The notes below the pieces were generated by a model, which did not search any database, was not told the origin of the DNA, and saw only the letters and a list, made by a program, of their open reading frames with translations. 64,000 nt of DNA from Nageia nagi (Eukaryota > Plantae > Pinophyta): contig JBITNC010000002.1 of NCBI GenBank assembly GCA_050084985.1, forward strand, positions 62,001 through 126,000, written 5' to 3'. A program made the position numbers and the translations under genes. Shown piece by piece: positions 48,841 to 64,000 of the stretch (position 1 is its first letter; each line of letters begins with the position of its first letter).

Positions 48841-51800
48841 ACAATCATGAAGAAAAGGCTCCAATAGAAACTTGCATACCAATACAAAAGAAATGCCATA
48901 ACAAAACAAGTTGTCGAAGGGTTTGAATTTGAAATTCCTGACTAGAACAAATTGCTGAAGGGTTCAAATTTCAAATACTTGTAGTTATGTATCTTCCATT
49001 TGGTTAATCAAATTTGTTACATGTTATTATTGACTTATAATTTAATTTAATATTTTTATTTTTTTTTACAAAGTATTTGTTACATGTTATTTTTGTGTAA
49101 ATTATTTTCTTATAACATTGAAATATTTTTGGAAGCCATTTTAAATTAAATATTTTCATATAAACTACTTGAATAAACACAATATTTCAAACATAGCATA
49201 ACATTAAACCATAACATAAAATTCCATAACATTTAACCATAACATTAAATTTCTTTAACATTCAATCATAAATGAAATTCCATAACATTCAACCATAACA
49301 TCAATTTTTTTAACAATGTTAGCATTCAACCATAAAATAAAAATAATATTAAAACATAGTAATGAAAATATCAAGAGTATTAAAAATAGTCTTAAACCAA
49401 AGTACTTTAAACCATAAAAGTAGTCTCAATAGTAATTTAAACCAAAGTAGTCTCAACAATAAGAAATCAAAGTAGGATGACTCTCCTCCTAAACCCTCTA
49501 ATGAAAGACCAATAACAATGGCTACTTCGATAAGATTACATAATATATCTCATTCTAATATAGATGCATTATCTAATAAAAGAAAAATCAGATCAACAAT
49601 TGTTTTCTCTTTCCATAAGATATTTGGATCAAGTTGATGCTCCTTGATTGTCAAAATATAATAATTATTCATTTTTCTTAATTGATCGATTTCATATTTC
49701 ATTTAAATGGTCATACTCAGACTTGTTTTTGTAGTTTTCAAATGAATCTTAAACATTTGAACATATTTTATCAATTTATCATACCTCACTCGCATTCAAA
49801 TAACAATATAGAAATATTAAAACTCATGAAATTTATATTTTTTAAGCATAAATAAAAATATGTAAAGATTGGAAATTACATTGTTACCTCAACTTGTTCC
49901 ATTTGGGCCTTTGTAATCTTTACCAATTTTTTTTTATCTCTTAACTAGAGGTTATAATAAGCTTGAGCTTATGCATTTAAATTTTTCAAATGGTTACACA
50001 TAATACTCATTACATTATCATCATATCCACTTTGCACATTGATTGAACCCACTTGTGCTTGGGCCATTAAATTTTCTATTTTGGTAGGTTCATTCTCAAC
50101 CAATTTATATAAATAATCCCATTGAGAATGATTGTAATAAAAGTATTGATTTCCTTTATCAATGATTTGGCCCATACTTCCCACGTATTTAAAGTATTGA
50201 TGTTATCTAGTACAATGCCATTTAGTTATACTAAATGCTTTCCAAGTTAAATTCAAACATTCAATTTTATCTTAAACTAGTATAATTTATCATTGATAAG
50301 TTCATCTTAACTCATACTAAAATAATGCATTATCTTTAATATTCATAAGTGCAAGTTAAAATCAAATCATCAATCATTTATTCAAGCTTTGTTCCTATTT
50401 TCCCTTGAGCAAAAATCATTAAGTATTCAATCCTATCTTATAAGTTTTATCTATGTTTAGATATTTAATTTCTTAAAGTCAAACAACATTCATTCAAGAT
50501 AAATGAATTTTCCTTTAACTTAATTTACAAAATATCCATCCACAAGTTTGAAACATAAATTTTAGCCTAAAATGGGGAAACCCACCCAAACTTTCATTCA
50601 AATGGTAACTCACTGTGGTGGCCATAGCCATCTATACTACACCATTACAATACTTTTATCATTTAAAAATAAATCATGTTTACAACCATGGCTTTAGATC
50701 CATTTTTCTTTGAAAATTACAATAATGCCATATGAGCCATTCTTCGACTCTAAAGGTATAACATAAAATACTAAAGCTTCTTTCTCTAGATTTCTAAATA
50801 ATACAACAAACCATAGCCTATATGCTTTCCATAAAAGATTACATTTTTTTCTTCTTCTTTCTTGAGTATAAAGACTATTCAACAACATAATACCCATTAT
50901 AGTATTCACTTAGAATTATCTTCATATTGTAACATGAAAAAATCTTAGAATAATCCTCACAACTTTATATATCATGAACATATACAAATACCATAAATCA
51001 TATTTTACTTGTCTACTCATAAAAGAATTAGTTTACTAAAATAATATTTTCAAAACTAAATCTGAAATAATAAATAGTCAATTAAGAACTACACTTGAGA
51101 TAAATCAAATCCAAATTTAATTATTTACTTTAAATAAATTTCAGATTCCAAATAAGTAACTTATATATGCATGATCAAATTTTTCAACTTTCACATGGAG
51201 AATACAAAATACAAATATTAATAATCCATGATCATGAAGCTTATTCTCTTCATTCTTTGTATGGATGTAACTTACTTTCTTCATGCATATCCCTTTTTTT
51301 AATATTTGTCCTTCCAGAATATGTTTCTCATGCACAAAAATGAATGCTAAAGTTTTTCATTAAATTAGCAACACTTTCTCATGTTTATTTGTTTCCTTTT
51401 AAAAATTTCATCCTCAAACTATACTATGCAAACCAAAAATCTATTTCTTCTTTTTTGGAAGAACATTGAACAAACATTCAATTTATCTCTAAAAATTCTA
51501 CAATTTGAAATTTCAAATATTTTTCTAAAACCTTAAGCACTTACGATTTAATTTTAGAATGCTCTTATGCTAACGTAAAATTACCAATTAAATACAAACT
51601 TGTTCATAATGGATATGGATAACTCCAAGTTTATGCTAGAAAAGTTCTGACATCTAAAAGTATAATTTCTCTCAAAATAAACTTTGGAAACTCATGGGTA
51701 TTTATTAGATTCATTCTAGAAAAAATAAGGCAAGAAAAACTAAATAATAATCTTCAACATGGGTGCAAGGATTTAACTAGAATCATGGTAATCACATGCA

Positions 51801-54800
51801 CATACAAAACCCTTTAAGAGATTTAACTTGCATGCCCAAACTACATGTTGGCAACATTCAAGCTTAAAAATGATAAAGTACTTTATGCACCATTAGGCTC
51901 ATGTGTAGGCTTTTCACTGCAATGTTCATATTCAAGAATGCAAACTAATAGAGAAACTATGGCACACCCAAAGGGGTCTACATATGTGACTAATTGACAT
52001 TCCACATATTCTTAATAATGTATGGATTTATAATACAACCAATACATGTATGGGTTTATAATAAATATAATGCAAATAATAAATGTATGGGTTTATAATA
52101 AATATAATACAAACAATACATGTATGGATTTATAAAGTCACACTAATACATCCATAACTAATTAATTATCCATGATCATAATAAAAAGTATTTATAACTT
52201 GAACCAAGGTTAAAGATCCATGTATACAATATATGCATAGATGTATCACTCAAAGATAATCAAAATGCATAAAATGCAATATCTCATTTAGTAATCCAAT
52301 GCATTCTAATCATTAATCAATTATTTGATTTAGTTTAACAAAATATGGTTATTACATAAAAATACTTGGAATATTATAATTTTGCATTATGGTAAGATAG
52401 TGTAAGTATGTAAAAATCACATTTTATGAATTCTATAGTGTCGCTTGGTCATTTTTTATCACATGTCATTATTTGGGGTCTATTGTCAAATTTGTCCATG
52501 TCTTAAATAAAACCAAAGTAGTTTATAATCAATTTGTTTTCCACCCAAACAAACCAAAAGAAGGCTCACATATTCAAATTAAAGATTGTGCACTAACAAA
52601 GCTACTCAGCCATGTTAGCCCACTTTTGTCTCCCACTTTGAATTTGGGGTCCACCACCTTGAATTTGCTCTCCTCCACATGAAGGCTAGGCCCACCATTT
52701 TTAGTTTGGAGTGGGTCATTTTGAAAATTCAAATTCTGGTCTCTCTCTCTCTTAAGCATGCATCCAACATCCATGGCCATTGGGATCATAGTCTCCAACC
52801 AACTTCAACTCCTCCATTTGAGCATTCTTCCTATCCATGGTCTAAAGCATACTCTCAAACAAACAACACACAATAGCATGCTCTTGGTAGGTTCTTGAAT
52901 TTGTTTTGTAGGATTGGAGCAAGCAAGAGGAGTATAAGGAATCAAAGATCAATATCCTTTTTGTACATATCATTTATTGCATTTTTGTGTGCATATAGTT
53001 TAGTTTCACTTATCATTTTATCAATCTTAATTTTGTATCTTAGGCATTTTCCAGCTTTCTATCACCTATTTGATTATGGGATAAGGGATCTACTTTCTTT
53101 CAAGGAGATTTCACATCTCTTCTTGAATGCATTCTAGGGTCTTAAGGGACTAGAATGTTGAGATCCCTGCTAACACTTGTTTTCTTGCAAGTTCAAGCTA
53201 TCATCCATCCATCAAAAATGTCTAATACAAGCAACATTTTAGACATTGCAAAGTGAGCATATTTGAAGACTCTACATGGTTTTTATATGCTTAAACAATG
53301 GTGATCATGGTGGGACAAGTCCCTTGGTCCATTTGAGCTCAGCTTGGAGGAGTTTTCTAAACTTTTCTCTCTTTGGTGGGTGTTGTTTTTGACCCTTTCT
53401 CTTGTTGTTTTCAAGTATTTCCTATCACTAAAACATGTTGGTTGTTTCAAGGAATCACCTTAGAGTTGAAGCAAATCATATTTTAAAAGAATTGGATTTT
53501 AAAAATTTAGATTTTGAAAGTTCAAAATTTTATCATATTGTGTCTAGCTCCAACCCTATAATTAGATGATAGCAATCCACTATCACATTTTACTATAAAA
53601 TTTGAAGTGTCCTTTATACAAGATGTGTATGTACACATTTAAAATTATTTTATTATCATTATAATTTAACTTTGAGTGCACTTATGGTTGTTCATACAAC
53701 TTTTGATTGTTTAGATGATTGGCATAATCATTCCTTTTTGGACAATTTTTGAATCAGAGCTTTGTAACCATCATTTTGAGCATTGAACATGAAGCAAGAA
53801 GGAACATTCTTGGGCAAGTAAACTTTTGAATTTATTTTAACATCTTGTCAATACTGTTTGGTTGCTCTTTTCATATAGGACTACCATTTATCATTAGTGA
53901 AATATTGCATTGCATTTTGGTTGGGAGTGTTGTATTTTCACATCAAAGTCTACTTTGGTGCATAAAATTAACATTTGTGAACAAGGTTTCCTTTGCCTTG
54001 GATATTATTTGTTGAGTGCATCAAAATAATTTCCATCTTGCATTATCCTTCATTTCAAAAGAAAAAAAATTATTGCTTTAGCATCCTTGGGGTGGGAGTA
54101 GTCTAGGTGGGGCCCATGAAGAAAAGGTTTTTAAAAAAAAACTTCTTTTGTTACTTTTTGATTTTACAGCCATAGAAAAAAAATCACTCAAAATGAAGCT
54201 AAAATGCAAAATTTATTTTGGTTTTAATTTTACTCTATTTTAGAGCAAAATTTTATCCAGAAAAACACTAAAAAATTCATAAAATATTCTACATAGCTCC
54301 AAAAAATCTAAATTTTGTTGTGTATCTTAATTATACCATTTTTCACCCCCATGTAAATTTTTACATCCTAATTCCTCCATCTTCATATAGTTCCTCAACA
54401 TAACTACCAAAATTTATTTTCCCCATTCACCATATTTTAGCCACAAATCCCAAATTACTATATCGATGCCTTGAAAATGACTTTTTTGTGATTTATTCCA
54501 TTTTAAATGTCTCATTATGCTAATCCTTTTGATATATAATACCCATGGTCTTTTCTTTTAGTCACAAATTTCAAAAAAAAAAATCAAAATTTCATATGGG
54601 AGGTGTAATTGCATTACATCATCATGCTAGTATTGCATTTCATATTTAATTTCTCGTACTTAAAGTCCTCACAAGCCTAGGGAGTGACTAGGGTACATGG
54701 ATTTCATCACCATGGCCTAACCCTTAGATTTGATCACCAAGGTGGGAGCCCCCCTCTATTGGCCAGCCGTAGATAGAGGTACTTGAGATACTCATGCAAA

Positions 54801-56139
54801 ACGTTCCACACCCCTAGATATTGAGCCTTACCTAAAAACATTTGACTAGAATCATCTCTAGGAAAACTAATAAGAGTCTAGAATTTACATTACATTAAAA
54901 TTCATATCATTAAAAAGATAAAGATTCAATTGAACAAGATAAACACCATTACTATCTATCACCATTGCTCATTCATGTAGCTTTATCTTTGAAGTGATCA
55001 TGTAGGATGTTTGTCAATTAGTCTTACATTACATCATAATCAAAAATAAAAAAATAAAATCAAAAATAAAAAATCATTGTAGGTTTGGTGTTTCTCTTGT
55101 TTGGCACCATTGGGCATTTTTGATTTAGTAATCATGTTTTTTCCTATTATTCCTTGGTACTTTCATAGGGAGCCCTACATGAGAATAAACATCTCTAAAT
55201 CAAATGAATCAAAATAACAACAAGAGCACAATCAAACACCAAGTCTAGATCATGAGTCACCCCATCAACCTAGTCACCTTAGTCTAGGCAATTATCCTTT
55301 GAATCATGTGTCTTATCCTTCTTGTCATTCTAGTCCTTTGTGTCATTCTCATTCTTCTTATTGTCATCCTTGTCATTCTCATCATTCTTCATCTTATCAA
55401 GCCATTATGCCTCTTAATTATCAATTGGCTAGTGAAGTCGAGTCAATTCATATGTCTCACAACATTCCTCCTTCTATCAAGAATCAGTTTCTTAATGATC
55501 CCATTGTTCAAAAAGTTTTGTCTAAATTCTTTGAATAATTTATCCTTAAAAATCATGTTGGTAAAACCGTTTATCCTTCTTTTCCTCAAGAAGTTATTCA
55601 TTTTCATAATCCTTATCTTAGTTATCCTCCTTCTTGTATCGACACTTTACCCTTTATTGCAACATGTCAAACCGAACCTTATCCTCAAGTCCAACCAACT
55701 ATGTCTCCTAGTTTGTCAAAGTCTTATGTCATACAACCCAAGTCTTTAGTCATTTATCATGATTTAGGGCCTAATCATTGTTCCCTTTCATCAAGGGATA
55801 TAAAATCAAGCCAAATTCAAGTCCAAGGTAACTTTTAACAAGCAACCTCCCAATCCTCTCAAAGGAGGAGTATTTCTCCTTTTGTCATGCATTCTTCATC
55901 ATCATCAAGTCAAGGATACACAATTCAAATGGATCAAACCCAAAGATATTTTATCCCCAATTGAACATCGAATCAACCATTAGGACATAATAAGCAACAA
56001 TCATATCAATCAAAGAGCAATATCAATGTCAAAGCAATCAAATTGATGAATCTACTTCACACTCTACTTCATATGATGAAGTATTAAAGAAATTAGACAC
56101 TATGGAACAAATTCTCAATGATCAAGGCAAGTTGAGACT

Positions 56140-57085
56140 ATCATATAAATCAATTTGTCATGAACCAATCCATCCTTTGATTCCCATCAAGATCTTTCCT
56201 TACAACCTTAAAGCTCCTAATATAGACAATTTCAAAGGAAAATAATATCCTAAAGCCATCGCATACAGTTTAAACATTCATGTTACAAATTTGCCCATGA
56301 TGATGTTATCATGTTACAAACTTTATCCATGACTTTGGGAGATTAGCATTGGATTGGTATAACAACTTTTCACAACATAGCATCTTCTCCTCCGAACAAT
56401 TTGTTAATCAATTTTTGAATTATTTTGCCATAAACATAAGGAGAAGATCATCAATCATGGACTTGCTAAACATACATCAACATCATGATGAGTTGATCAA
56501 TGATTATGTGGAAATATGGATAACAATTAAGATAGACTTTCCATACTCCCTACCACATGATGAGCTTATCAACATTTTTGCCAAAAGCTACAACAAACAA
56601 ATATCCTCCATCTTGGAAATACAACAACATAAATATTTTGAGGATGTTTTATCAAAAGCAAAGCATATTGAAGAGGTCAAAGTCAAAATGGGAGAAATCA
56701 AATTACATGCCAAAAATCATGATCAAAATTGATAACATAATCATCATCACCAAACATATCATGAGCAATCAACAAGTCAATCATCATATGAAGCATATAA
56801 ATCAACATCAACTCATCAACCTATCTTATGATAAAAAAAGCCAAGGCCAAGAAGATATTTCACTCCTTTGGGGGACTCTTTATCGGACATTTTATTGAAG
56901 TTATTAGAGATAAATCTTTTGACATTATCCCTAATCAAGCAAAGTCAGAAGCATCATCAAGACCTTGGTATGAGGTGAATACATTTTACAACTATCATAG
57001 GCAATGTGGACATGACACCAATCAATGCATGTGATTGAAGAATGAAATACAAGATCTTATCAATAATGGACTAGTAGCAACATAA
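56140..57085 (+). mobile_element. Decayed Ty3/gypsy gag
   Basis: ALDWYNN..FVNQFLNYF retrotransposon-gag core and YNYHRQCGHDTNQC..LKNEIQDLI knuckle. Confidence 0.7.
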
Positions 57086-60000
57086 GTCAATCTCATCATC
57101 TAATCAATAGTTAGAATCAATCAACAATCAATTGCCTAATCATAGTCAAAACAACCAATGATAGAAGTGGATTTATCATAACCTTTATTGCATGAGTCAT
57201 TTAACATGTGTCCATCCTTGAAAATCATTTTTATTTGGTCAAGTTAAGCATTTTTATCAATTTTCATTTTATCATTCTATCATTTTTGTACCAAGAGTCA
57301 TATGCCTGCATGCTACGGATACACTTGGTAGGCCCATGAGACTATGATCACAACATCCCATTAACTCTATCCTTTGGCATATCATGAGTCCTCAATACAC
57401 CATCAGCTTGGTCCTTTGGTGTGTCATGAGTCCTTGATACACCATCACCTTATCATGTTTCTTCCTTCTTCACTATGTATCAGTCTTTGTATCATTATGT
57501 TATCTTTTGTCAATCCTTATCATCACATCATTTTTATCCTTTTTACTCATCTTGTTTCCTTGAGTTGAGGTTGTTGGACATTATATTTGATCTAAAATGA
57601 AGCAAGAATAGTCCTAAACATGAGTGGAAATCATCCTTGTGCTCACAAATCGCCCTCATAATCTATTCATTTGCCTCCAAGTCAAGTCCAGTCAATTCAT
57701 AATCATAGTCATTACCAGTGCATAAACCAAGTCAAACTTGGTATAAACCAATCTTTCTAAGCCAAATCAACCTAACTTAATTAAGCCAAATTGAGTCAAT
57801 TAACCCAAGTTGAATTCAAACCCAATACAAAACCATCAAACCATCGAGCCAAAGAGGATTAGTAAAAACATTTAGTCACATCTAATCATTTATTTTTATT
57901 TGCATGAGTCTTATTTATGTTCATGTTCATATTTGTATTTTCTTTGTGATGTCAAGTTTTGATTTATCTTCTATCATTTTGTCAAAAGCTCAAAGCATAC
58001 CCACTGACAACCTCATGCTATCTCAATGAGAGAGCACATGGTCTATTAGTAGGAATGCTTCAAGCTTACTTCATAAGTCATGTCATTTGTATTTAAGTCA
58101 CATGCTTTGCATTGGCTTTAGTCATGTGGGACTTTTAAATAAGTTAGGTCACAATCATTCAAATGGTCTATTAGCTATTTGAATGATTTGCATGGTCTGT
58201 GTAATGTCTTTTTATCATTTATCATTTATCATTCATCATTTTGGTCATTTTTGACTCTTTATCACTTTGTCATTTTGTTATTTATCATTATTTATCACTA
58301 TTAATCATTTCTATCATTGGTCATTTGTCATTTATTGTTTATCTTTGTCATTTTTATTTTATTTTATTTTATTTTTATCAATTATCATTTTATCATTTAT
58401 CATTGGTATAAGCATCGTATGCATACGTGCTACAGTTGTATGCTTGGTAGGTCTACGTACCTACAGTTATCTACCCTTCATTTGTTGGGGCAAAGCAAAA
58501 ATCATTTATCTTTTATCATTTTTATTTTTATCCTATCTTTTGTTATTCATCATTTCTATTAGTCATCTTTCTTATCATTTTTCATGTGTCATTTTTCTCA
58601 CTTATCATTTTGATCATTCTATCATTTGTCATTGTTGTCTTTGCTCATTTTTATCATTTATAATTTATCACTTGTCATTATTATCATTCATTATTTTTAT
58701 CATTTATCTTCATCATGTCATTAAACATTATGCTTTGTTTTATTTCATTTACAAAATAAAATAACAAAATATATCAAAAATATTTCTTTTTTTATTCATG
58801 TCTTTTGTGGTTGTACATTAGTATGATGGTGAATATGTACATTCATCCATCTATGGTGTTACATCTATCATCTAGCATTATAGAACACCTCATCCAATCT
58901 TGTGAATTTTTTTTTTCTCTTTAAACCTATGTTAATTGGTCTTGTGGGACTTCCTTAACCTTAGGACTCATAGCTTGTGCTGATTGAACTTGAGATGGTT
59001 CAATCCTGTCCATCACTTCCTTTGCTCTCAAGGCATCTAGTGTCACCTTGGGAATGTGAATCTCATGGTGGAGAAGGACATTCTTGTATGTGACTACCCT
59101 TCTCCTCCACCTCTCTCTTTCTTGTCAAACCTTGATTCAAATATTGCTAGCCTCCTATTATATATTCTTTATCAATCCCTTTGTATTTTTCTTTTATTTT
59201 TATTTCTTCACCAGAAATTCATCCCACTTTACCAATAGTTCATCTTGCTTTGCCAGTAGTTCATTCCACTATGTCAATAGTTCTTTTTACTTTGCTAGCA
59301 ATTCATCTCACTCTAGTAGCAGTTCATTCTGCTCTACCATCAGTATGTTCCATGACTATTTGTAGACCATTATGTGTTATCAATGCATGTCACATTGATT
59401 ATCCATCATCATGATATTTGCCCTCATCTTGATTAGTTCCTCTCTAAGTTTTCCATTCTTAATGCCTACCAGCATCTTTGCCTCTTCATTGGTGCTCATG
59501 GGAGTACTTCCCATGCTTACACCTTTGTCATTTTTCATCCCTTTGATATGGGTTTCCTCTTGCTTGGAATCCATGTTTGGTTAGTCTATCTATCTTTTTA
59601 TCCTAGTTCTCTCATCTTGTTTAATAAGCCATGATAAATAGGAAAGATCACATAGTGTATCCACCATGAATCAATCTTGTCTATCTATGTAGTTGCCATA
59701 GATATATCACTCATTGTATCCTATCCATCCATAGTGTTTTCATTTGTATGCCCCTCAATAAGTTTCACATGCCCACCAGTATTTCCACACATTTATCCCT
59801 CATCATGTTCTTTACACATCCCCATTATTGTTATCATCATTATCCTTGTTACATGTCTCTAGTCCATCCCTTTAATCCTTGTCAGCCCATACCATGTCAA
59901 TGTCTCTTCATCCCTTCCTTTTTATCATTCAAACCATAGCCATTCAAACCCACATGTTAGTACAAGATTCATGTTTTTGTGAATCTTTTGTCTCAACCAT

Positions 60001-61724
60001 TCATATTCATGGTATCCCATTGTCGCCATCATTATCACTTATCCATTTTGCATACCCTAGGTACCATATAATCCCATGTGACCTTTGTTGTTTATCATGG
60101 CTTATTCTCATCCTTCCTTTCTTTTAGCATTCTATTTTTGTCCTTCATTCTATCATGGATTCCTCTCACTTTTTTACCATCTTGAGTGTGCTTCAGGATG
60201 GCATAGTCTACCATGGTTTTCATGTCTTTTTGGTTGGGCACTCTTGTTTTGCCCTTGAGTCCCTTTTTATGACATTGACTTGCCTTCATTCATGTGCAAC
60301 CTAAAAATTACCTTGAGATTTTCATGATTCATCACCTCTAACATGTCGATCATGTTCACCTCTTCTTATTGCTACTAAGTCATCCTGATTGGATGTGGCA
60401 TGTCATGGTGTACACCCCATTCAATCCCTTCCTATTACAATTGGTGCACTATGTTGGTCCACCATCTCTACATTTGTGGGAGTATTTTGAGCTAGTCACT
60501 ATTGCTTGGGAAATATGTGTTCATCACCTCCAGTGGTCATATGGCTATGCATTCCATGTCATTCATCATGGTGGAGATTATATACTTCATCATCGCTTCT
60601 CCTTCCTATGTCATTTTCCACCACTATCACATCAATTACTACTTTAGTTGAATTTGTTCGATTCTAGCTCTTTGGATGATTCTAGTTCATCTAACTCAAA
60701 CATCTAGTTGCCTAACCATGTGTCAAATGCATCGTAGTGGCTACCTACTGGGCTTGTCAATGGGAATCTTTCTTTTTGCATGTGTCACCCATCTAGGCTT
60801 ATTAATGGGAATCATCTTTTGTTTTAATATAAATCATTATCATTTTGTGTTTCATTGTCTTTATCATATGAATGCATTTTTATTTTCTTTGACCATTCAA
60901 TCAAATGGTCAAGTATCTTATCTTATCATTCTTTTGCATCACTATTGTTTGATCTATGTCATTCATTTTCACTTATGATCGATGATCTAGATTGCCTAGT
61001 GTGCCTTTATCTTTGTATTTGATCATGTGGTGTCTATCTTCATCTTCAATCATTTTTAGGAAATTCTATCAGTTTCTTGACATTCACTATCATTCTTCTC
61101 CCTTTTTCTTCTATCCTACTTCAACCATAAATCGAGTCCTCTTTGACAGTATTGATCCTAACATCCCAAAGGAGGTCTTACATGGTCGCATTCATGGTCA
61201 TGTCATTCATTATGCCTGCACTTCTCTATAGACCACTCTTCATTAGAATGTCATCCACATTCAAATAGATCAATTCAACCATCGATACATAACTTTATTC
61301 ATTCATGAACTGGATGATGTAGACCATTTACGTATTTATTATAGATAATATCTATCACCCAAATTGGATGTGGAAGGTCATCCTATACTATCCATGGGAC
61401 ATGATGGTCTTATACCTCTTAGAGTTTGTAGGTTCTTTGACATTGCATCCTCAAGAGCACTATCACCCATTCATCATCATGCACACAATTTGGTAACATG
61501 ATCTTCACTAGGAGTCTATCTTTCAAACATAGTTAGTTCATGAAGATAATTAGTGGGTATTATACCCATATTTCAATATCCTATGCTACTTCCATCAACC
61601 ATGTGCATGATTCTCTTTAATCAACTGAGCTCGTCTATCAACCCTTCGAGCTCACCAGCCTTTGAACCTGAGAGCTCTACTTCTAGCTCTTCTAACCTCG
61701 TCAATGGTTCAACATAGTCATCAG

Positions 61725-62211
61725 TGTTAGAATTTGTAATGTAATATTATGTAATATTTCTCTTTAATATAAATTCACTTAATACTTAAAGTATCATTAG
61801 ATACCTTAAAGTATTAAGGGAATACAAATAGTAGAAGGAGAAAATAGGTATGAGTTTAAAAATAAGTAACAGATTAAAAATAGAAAAAAGATTAATTATA
61901 GAGTGGGTTTCTTCTTATAAAAAGAGAAGAAACCTCCCCTTCTCTAGTTACACAATTGTAATGCAAGCTTTGCTATAGGTTTAGAGTGTGGGAGAGAGAA
62001 GAGATTTTGTAAGAGAGGTCCTTGAGAATAAGAAGATCTTAGTTAGTAGATGTACTCCAAAGGAGGGAGGAACCACTTTATATCTTGTGTTATTTATGTG
62101 ATTGGATTTAGTTATTATGCTACTATGTTGATGTTAGAAGTATCTTCTTAAGATCTTAAGAGATTAGAAGTTAATTTATAAAGGGTTAATTTCTTCAAGT
62201 GGTATCAGAGC
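61725..62211 (+). mobile_element. LTR followed by tRNA-iMet primer binding site
   Basis: LTR-like segment ending TTCA at 62197; TGGTATCAGAGC at 62200-62211. Confidence 0.7.
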
Positions 62212-62852
62212 TTTTCTTGGAGGCTTCGCTTTAGCATCTTTGAAGGTCATTCCTCTTCTTTTTCCATCTATGTTGTTGAGGTGAAAGGGTTTAAAGGTAT
62301 AATTTCCCTCCTACCTTGTCCATTCATCAAATTTTGCCTTATTACTAACATTTTTGGTTCCTTGATTATAAAGTTTAAATTTAGCAAAATTTGATTAAAG
62401 AAGATAATATATCATTGGTATACTAACATGTTGGTTTAATGTTATGTTATTGCTATGCATTATTTGAGTTTATTAGTTGCAATTTTTTTAAGTAAAATTA
62501 CCTAATATGTAGCAATAATATGCAATTTTTTTTAGTAAATTTGCTTAAATTTAGTAATAATATGTTATTATAGCTTAATTTTTCAAATCTTTACTTAGTG
62601 TAAAGATAGTTAAAAATTTTGCAATTTCTTTACTATAATTTTAGTATTGCAATTTTTTTACAATGCTTGAAAAATTGTTGCATGTATGCAATACTACATG
62701 CAAAATCTTATGGTTTAAAAATATAATTATATAATTATATATATATATATATATTAAATAAAAAAAATATTTCTTTTTTGGAATTTTTTATATTTCTATT
62801 TTATTATTATTATTATTATTATTAAATACAAATAATAATAAAATAAAAAAGT

Positions 62853-63020
62853 AACCCCAAGGGGGCATGTAGCTCCCAAGAGGGTGCACATAACCTCAAG
62901 GGGGTGCCTAGCTCTTGAGGGGGCATGCAACCCTCTAGGGAGTGTGCAACTCCCAAGGGGGCACGCTATCCCTAAGGGGGTGTGCAGACCCCAATGGGGG
63001 TGCATTGTTCCCAAGGGGAT
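62853..63020. repeat. ~19-20-bp GC-rich repeats with CCC(AA)GGG palindromic core, ~9 copies
   Basis: Direct reading. Confidence 0.7.
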
Positions 63021-63025
63021 CACCT

Positions 63026-63294
63026 TGTTATGAACCGTTACACCAAAAGGTTGACCTGTTAGTGAATTCGTACACCCAAGATCTTAACATTCCACCATGC
63101 TCTGCATTCGACATCCTCGAAGGCTCTCACTTGTGGTGGCTCTCACTCTAGTCTTCTCTAGGTAGCCCTTTCCATAGTAGCTCTTTTCAGAGATTCGAAC
63201 TTGGGACGTATGGCCTGCTCTGATACCAAATGTTATGAACCGTTACACCAAAAGGTTGACCTGTTAGTGAATCCGCACACCCAAGATCTTAACA
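63026..63294 (-). mobile_element. 269-bp TRIM with 64-bp LTRs and 5-bp TSD
   Basis: LTRs 63026-63089 and 63231-63294 (TGTTA..TAACA, 2 mismatches); TSD CACCT 63021-63025 / 63295-63299; minus-strand PBS TGGTATCAGAGC 63217-63228. Confidence 0.92.
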
Positions 63295-63332
63295 CACCTC
63301 CATTCCATCCAGTTTAAAATAAAAAAATAATT

Positions 63333-63335
<3 letters not shown>

Positions 63336-63382
<47 letters not shown>

Positions 63383-63387
63383 TTTTG

Positions 63388-63426
<39 letters not shown>

Positions 63427-63453
63427 TTTATTTATATTTATATTATTTTAAAG

Positions 63454-63538
<85 letters not shown>
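63336..63538. repeat. (AT)n microsatellites
   Basis: Direct reading. Confidence 0.95.
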
Positions 63539-63547
<9 letters not shown>

Positions 63548-64000
63548 TTTTTCTTAAAGGGGGAGAATTTGTTTTGAGGGGTATTATTATTTTTAAAATA
63601 GTTTTAAAAGGGGGAGATATATTTTTTTCTTTCTTTTTAAACTCCTCTTTGGAAGATTTTTATTTTAGAAAGGTGTGTTTTTTTTTTAAGGAATGGACTA
63701 TTTTTAAGTAGTTCTTTATTTGCTAATATTATCTTTTTACATTAAGTGCAAGTTATTTTAGGGATTTTTTTAGCATGCCATTAAGATAAAGGTGCATTAA
63801 TTATGCATAGTTTAGTAATTTTATGCATGGATTAATGTTAGTTAATTATGCATGAATGGATTAATGCTATGTATGCATAGATTAATGTTGTTTTATTTTA
63901 ATGCATGTTTTTTGCTCACATGTGGTTGGATAATTTTTTATTGTCCTAATGCATATTGTTAAATGGATAATTTTTTTAATGCATGGTTTATTATTTTGAC

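Noticed and set aside
57374-61231. Many short hydrophobic ORFs
   Set aside because: Low-complexity TCA/TTA-rich decayed retrotransposon DNA with no motifs
63385-63711. 108-aa YI-repeat ORF
   Set aside because: Translation of an (AT)n microsatellite

Overview
Eukaryotic land-plant DNA with Arabidopsis-type TTTAGGG telomeres; the decayed AT-rich TE landscape suggests a gymnosperm (inference). The left ~24.8 kb looks like a chromosome end built by repeated terminal additions, all in one orientation (C-rich strand = +, so the telomere lies to the left). It holds two divergent endonuclease-less Penelope-like retroelements (PLEs), the non-coding 3' end of a probable third, two related satellites (349 bp and ~658 bp), and (CCCTAAA)n tracts between most blocks. 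The main hidden signals are: (i) a conserved -1 ribosomal frameshift cassette (A_AAA_AAC + hairpin) inside ORF1 of both PLEs; (ii) an overlapping -1 frame, absent from the ORF track, that encodes an HxxC-x18-CxxC putative zinc finger and runs into the RT; (iii) minimal hammerhead ribozymes in the 3' UTR/pseudo-LTRs; (iv) telomere-like motifs at nearly every block junction. At 24517/24518 the telomeric array flips orientation. The remaining ~39 kb is mostly decayed TEs: copia, a tandem gag-protease-only LTR element, a LINE, a hAT, a gypsy gag and a 269-bp TRIM with TSD. It also contains one intact host gene, a KIC/PBP1-like EF-hand Ca2+-binding protein.
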